From Methanobacteriota archaeon (GTDB taxonomy: Archaea > Thermoplasmatota > Thermoplasmata > SG8-5 > JAGLSY01), in NCBI GenBank assembly GCA_020697715.1, contig JAEHCO010000006.1:1-64000 (forward strand): DNA of 64,000 nucleotides, given 5' to 3'. Positions within the stretch are counted from its first letter, which is position 1. Each line of letters opens with the position of its first letter. Below, one piece after another: positions 60,081 through 64,000 of the stretch. The position numbers and the translations under genes are program-made. The notes beneath the pieces are model-generated. The model did no database searches. It was not told where the DNA came from and saw nothing but the letters and a program-made list of their open reading frames with translations.

Positions 60081-61579
60081 TAGAAAAAGTACTTATTGCG
60101 AATAGAGGAGAGATAGCTGTTCGAGTGATCAACGCTTGCCAGGAAATGGATATCCAGACAGTCGCCATATACTCGGATGTGGATGAGAGTTCTTTACATG
60201 TGCAAAATGCTGATGAGGCATATCCTCTGGGCGATCCAACACCTTCAGAGAGCTATCTGAATATCCCGAAGATACTGGATATCGCTGCAAAGAGCGGCGC
60301 GGATGCCGTCCATCCTGGTTATGGATTCCTTTCAGAGAGGGAGGAATTTGCTCAAGCTTGTCTCGATGCTGGCTTGAAGTTCATAGGCCCCAGTGCGGAG
60401 GTCATTCATGGAATGGGTGACAAGATCGAGGCAAAACGCACCATGGCCAATGCTGGAGTTCCGGTCATACCGGGATTCACAGGGGGCGAGGAGGATGGCG
60501 AAGAGACCCTTGAACAGGCGTGCCAGCGTATCGGATTCCCTGTCCTTATCAAGGCCACGGCAGGTGGCGGTGGCAAGGGGATGAAGGTCGTCGAGACGAT
60601 GGAGGATCTAAAGGGTGCGGTTGATTCCGCTCGAAGGGAGGCCATATCCTCTTTTGGCAATGGCGAACTACTCCTTGAAAAATACCTGGAAAGACCCAGA
60701 CATATCGAGTTCCAAATACTGGCTGACGAGCATGGAAAGATCATTCACTTATTCGAGAGGGAATGCTCCATTCAGAGAAGGCACCAGAAGGTCATAGAGG
60801 AATCACCTTCTGTCGTGATCGATGACGATCTCAGGAACAGGATGGGCGAGGCCGCGATATTGGCTGCCAAAACCATCGGGTACACCAATGCTGGAACCGT
60901 GGAATTCATGGTCGATAAGAACAAGGATTTTTACTTCTTGGAGATGAATACCCGTCTGCAGGTGGAGCACGCTATCACGGAGATGACAACTGGTATAGAT
61001 ATTGTGAAATGGCAGTTGCGGATCGCATCCGGTGAGCCATTAACACTGGAGCAGGACCAGGTTGGGCAGAGAGGGCATTCAATTGAGTGTCGAATTTACG
61101 CCGAGGACCCGGAGCAGGGATTCATGCCATCCACCGGGAAGCTGAAGACGGTGGATGTTCCACATGGCATCAATATCAGACATGATACTGGTGTGAAGGA
61201 AGGGGTGGAGATCACTCCTTACTATGACCCTATGCTGGCCAAGCTCATCGTGCGTGGTGAGAAGCGCGAGGATGCCATAAACAAAATGAAATGGGCATTG
61301 TCCAATTATATCACACTGGGTGTCACGACCAATGTGCCTTTTCTCAAAGCGATAATCGCCCATGAAGCCTTTGCCAGTGGGGATATAGACACTCATTTCA
61401 TAGATACATATTTCAAAGACTGGGAGATGGCTGCGGAACTTCCAATGGAGGTGCTGATAGCCGCCGCCCTGGATGATATCAGCCGGAGTGGTCTGGCAGG
61501 TGGAGATGATCAAAAGGACGAGGCGCATGATGCGCATTCCCCGTGGAAGAATGCGGGACCCTGGAGGATAGACAGCTGA
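60077..61579 (+). CDS. accC: Biotin carboxylase subunit (methylcrotonyl-CoA carboxylase-type)
   Basis: IANRGEIA, HPGYGFLSE, GGGGKGM, RECSIQRRHQK, EMNTRLQVEH. Confidence 0.95.
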   Translation: MIEKVLIANRGEIAVRVINACQEMDIQTVAIYSDVDESSLHVQNADEAYPLGDPTPSESYLNIPKILDIAAKSGADAVHPGYGFLSEREEFAQACLDAGLKFIGPSAEVIHGMGDKIEAKRTMANAGVPVIPGFTGGEEDGEETLEQACQRIGFPVLIKATAGGGGKGMKVVETMEDLKGAVDSARREAISSFGNGELLLEKYLERPRHIEFQILADEHGKIIHLFERECSIQRRHQKVIEESPSVVIDDDLRNRMGEAAILAAKTIGYTNAGTVEFMVDKNKDFYFLEMNTRLQVEHAITEMTTGIDIVKWQLRIASGEPLTLEQDQVGQRGHSIECRIYAEDPEQGFMPSTGKLKTVDVPHGINIRHDTGVKEGVEITPYYDPMLAKLIVRGEKREDAINKMKWALSNYITLGVTTNVPFLKAIIAHEAFASGDIDTHFIDTYFKDWEMAAELPMEVLIAAALDDISRSGLAGGDDQKDEAHDAHSPWKNAGPWRIDS

Positions 61580-61700
61580 GGTGATTTGAATGCGAGAACG
61601 AAGTGATTGTATTCCGACCTTCGGACAAAGTCCGAACCCTCATATGTGCGAACATAGTTCTCACATACGAAAAATCCGAGTGAAAGGAGGAGATTAGAAT

Positions 61701-62213
61701 ATGGAATTTCAATATGAATATGCAGGAAAATCATATCCAGTGAACATGAAGCGCGATGGTGATCATTTTACCGCCACCATCGGTGAGAAGGAGTACAAGG
61801 TATCCTCCAAAGAGATCAAACCAGGCTTTTTCGTTCTCAATATAGATGGAAAGCCAGTTAAGGTATCCATCGCATCAGAAGGGAACCAGCGCCACATATT
61901 CCATGCAGGCGCGGTTTACAGGTTCACCAGGCAGGAGGGTCGCAAGCGAGGCGGAGGGCAAGATGGGGAGATATCACCCGAGATAACATCGCCGATCTCT
62001 GGCAAGCTGGTGAAAGTGGATTCGTCGGGCGGACAGGAAGTGGAAGCAGGCCAGAGCCTGATGACCATCGAGGCCATGAAGATGGAGTATCAGATCAAGG
62101 CTCCTTACGATGGAAAGGTAGAGAATGTCAATTTCAAGGAGGGCGATCAAGTGGATATCGGGGTCGTTCTCATAGTCATGGAAAAGAAGGAAGAAGAGGT
62201 CAAGGAGGAGTGA
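61701..62213 (+). CDS. Biotin carboxyl carrier protein with N-terminal BT-like domain
   Basis: EAMKME biotinylation motif. Confidence 0.93.
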   Translation: MEFQYEYAGKSYPVNMKRDGDHFTATIGEKEYKVSSKEIKPGFFVLNIDGKPVKVSIASEGNQRHIFHAGAVYRFTRQEGRKRGGGQDGEISPEITSPISGKLVKVDSSGGQEVEAGQSLMTIEAMKMEYQIKAPYDGKVENVNFKEGDQVDIGVVLIVMEKKEEEVKEE

Positions 62214-63823
62214 ATATGGATGCGATAGAGAGCCAGATCGATGTTAATAATGAGGATTTCAAGGAGAATAAAGAGCATTATCTTCTAATGGTGGCTGACC
62301 TTAAAGAGAAGGTGGCATGGGCCAAGGCCGGTGGAGGAGATAAGGTCATAGCCCTTCACAAGGAAAGAGGGAAGATGCTGGCCAGGGAGAGAATAGACGC
62401 CCTGGTGGACTCGGATACTCCTTTCCTGGAACTGAACCCGCTCGCGGGTCTGGGCATGTACGATAATAAAGCTCCGGGCGCTGGTATCGTGACTGGCATA
62501 GGAGCTGTCCATGGCAATGAGGTGATGATAATAGCCAATGATGCCACCGTCAAAGGCGGCACTTACTTCCCCATGACCGTGAAGAAGCACATTCGCGCCC
62601 AGGATATAGCGATGGAGAACAATCTTCCATGTATCTATCTGGTAGATTCTGGAGGGGCTTTCCTTCCAATGCAGGATGAGGTGTTCCCGGATAGAGAGCA
62701 CTTTGGCAGGATATTCTACAATCAAGCTCAGATGTCATCCAGGATGATACCACAGATCGCACTTGTCATGGGCTCATGTACCGCGGGCGGAGCTTATGTG
62801 CCCGCGATGTCTGATGAGACAGTAATTGTCAAGGGAACTGGCACTATCTTTTTGGGAGGACCACCTCTTGTCAAGGCCGCGACTGGTGAGGAGGTCAGCG
62901 CGGAGGACCTTGGAGGAGCTGACGTGCATTGCCGCCAGTCCGGTGTATCGGACCATTATGCCACCAGCGACGAGGAGGCACTGGCCATTGGCCGGAACAT
63001 CATCGAGAATCTCAATCGGCCAAAAAAGACCTATTTGAAGATCAAGAAACCTGAAGACCCCCTATATCCGATAGACGAGATATACGGCATAATATCAAAG
63101 GACTCGCGGAAGCCTTTCGAGGTCCGTGAGATAATAGCCAGGCTGGTCGATGGTAGTAAATTCCACGAGTTCAAGGAATTGTACGGAACCACCCTTGTCA
63201 CGGGCTTCGCCCACATCATGGGTTATCCTGTCGGGATACTGGCCAATAATGGCGTGCTGTTCTCTGAGAGCGCCTTGAAGGGCACTCACTTCATCGAGCT
63301 TTGCTGCCAGCGTAAGATACCACTGGTCTTCCTCCAGAACATAACCGGCTTCATGATTGGCAGGGAATACGAGGCAAAGGGAATTGCAAAGGATGGTGCC
63401 AAGATGGTGGCCGCTGTCTCCAATGCCCAGGTCCCGAAGTTCACAGTTCTTATTGGAGGGTCATTCGGTGCTGGCAACTACGGAATGTGCGGACGCGCTT
63501 ATGATCCGCGCCAACTCTGGATGTGGCCCAATGCCCGGATCTCGGTCATGGGCGGCGAGCAGGCCGCTAATGTTCTTTCAACTGTCAAGAAGGACCAGTT
63601 GTTCAGAAAAGGAGTGGAAATGAGCGATGACGAGGTCGATGAGCTCAAGAAGCCGATCCTGGAGAAGTACGAGATGGAAGGCAATCCCTACTACTCGAGT
63701 GCGAGGATATGGGATGACGGTATCATCGACCCAGTGCAGACGAGATTGGTACTGGCACTTGGAATATCTGCTTCATTGAATGCGGATATACCTGAGGCTC
63801 CGTTCAGCCTTTATAGAATGTAG
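62210..63823 (+). CDS. mccB: Carboxyltransferase, methylcrotonyl-CoA carboxylase beta subunit-like
   Basis: [53 protein letters not shown]. Confidence 0.93.
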   Translation: MNMDAIESQIDVNNEDFKENKEHYLLMVADLKEKVAWAKAGGGDKVIALHKERGKMLARERIDALVDSDTPFLELNPLAGLGMYDNKAPGAGIVTGIGAVHGNEVMIIANDATVKGGTYFPMTVKKHIRAQDIAMENNLPCIYLVDSGGAFLPMQDEVFPDREHFGRIFYNQAQMSSRMIPQIALVMGSCTAGGAYVPAMSDETVIVKGTGTIFLGGPPLVKAATGEEVSAEDLGGADVHCRQSGVSDHYATSDEEALAIGRNIIENLNRPKKTYLKIKKPEDPLYPIDEIYGIISKDSRKPFEVREIIARLVDGSKFHEFKELYGTTLVTGFAHIMGYPVGILANNGVLFSESALKGTHFIELCCQRKIPLVFLQNITGFMIGREYEAKGIAKDGAKMVAAVSNAQVPKFTVLIGGSFGAGNYGMCGRAYDPRQLWMWPNARISVMGGEQAANVLSTVKKDQLFRKGVEMSDDEVDELKKPILEKYEMEGNPYYSSARIWDDGIIDPVQTRLVLALGISASLNADIPEAPFSLYRM

Positions 63824-63833
63824 AGAAATTAAT

Positions 63834-63863
63834 AAGCCAGCGTCATCTAAAGAACGCTGGCTT
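63834..63863. terminator. Hairpin between convergent genes
   Basis: aagccagcgt/acgctggctt 10-bp stem. Confidence 0.65.
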
Positions 63864-63873
63864 CCTTATTATT

Positions 63874-64000
63874 TTACAATACAGCGACGATCTTCTTCAG
63901 CACAGCCAGTCCTTTCTCTTCCGCATCCCTTGCAGCCTCAAGGTATTTGACTCCTTCCGCCCGATGCTCAGGGTCATTCAGCTGTTCCTGCTGCCTAGTG
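63874..64000 (-). CDS. 3' end of a hypothetical protein running off the window
   Basis: Open frame TRQQEQLNDPEHRAEGVKYLEAARDAEEKGLAVLKKIVAVL* ending at the hairpin. Confidence 0.55.
   Translation of the reverse strand, partial: TRQQEQLNDPEHRAEGVKYLEAARDAEEKGLAVLKKIVAVL

Overview
Archaeal chromosomal DNA. TBP, eIF5A, Lsm, L37e, CdrS-FtsZ2 and an archaeal RNase P RNA are present, and gene content suggests an uncultured Thermoplasmatota (inference). Order: a partial surface protein; two adjacent purF paralogues behind lsm-rpl37e; Fic; rnpB; eIF5A-speB; a ~17 kb AT-rich glycosylation cluster (GT4s, GNAT/FemAB-like, deacetylase, radical SAM, flippase); a secreted Ig-like protein plus membrane CARDB protein pair; PAP2; a STAND-TPR protein; an aldehyde dehydrogenase; tbp; cdrS-ftsZ; more surface proteins; a kaiC-wHTH-2303 aa zinc-ribbon/TPR/transmembrane/PEF-CTERM locus; pdxS; pepF; and a methylcrotonyl-CoA carboxylase-type cluster. 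No CRISPR array, tRNA, rRNA or transposase was seen. Best candidates for novelty are (1) the KaiC/wHTH/giant membrane-spanning protein locus, (2) an RNase P RNA that folds by eye with bacterial type-B-like features, (3) a structured insert between duplicated promoter-like repeats ahead of ftsZ, (4) a possible fibre-subunit/partner pair, and (5) recurrent short duplications at gene ends. All calls are from manual reading; no searches were run.
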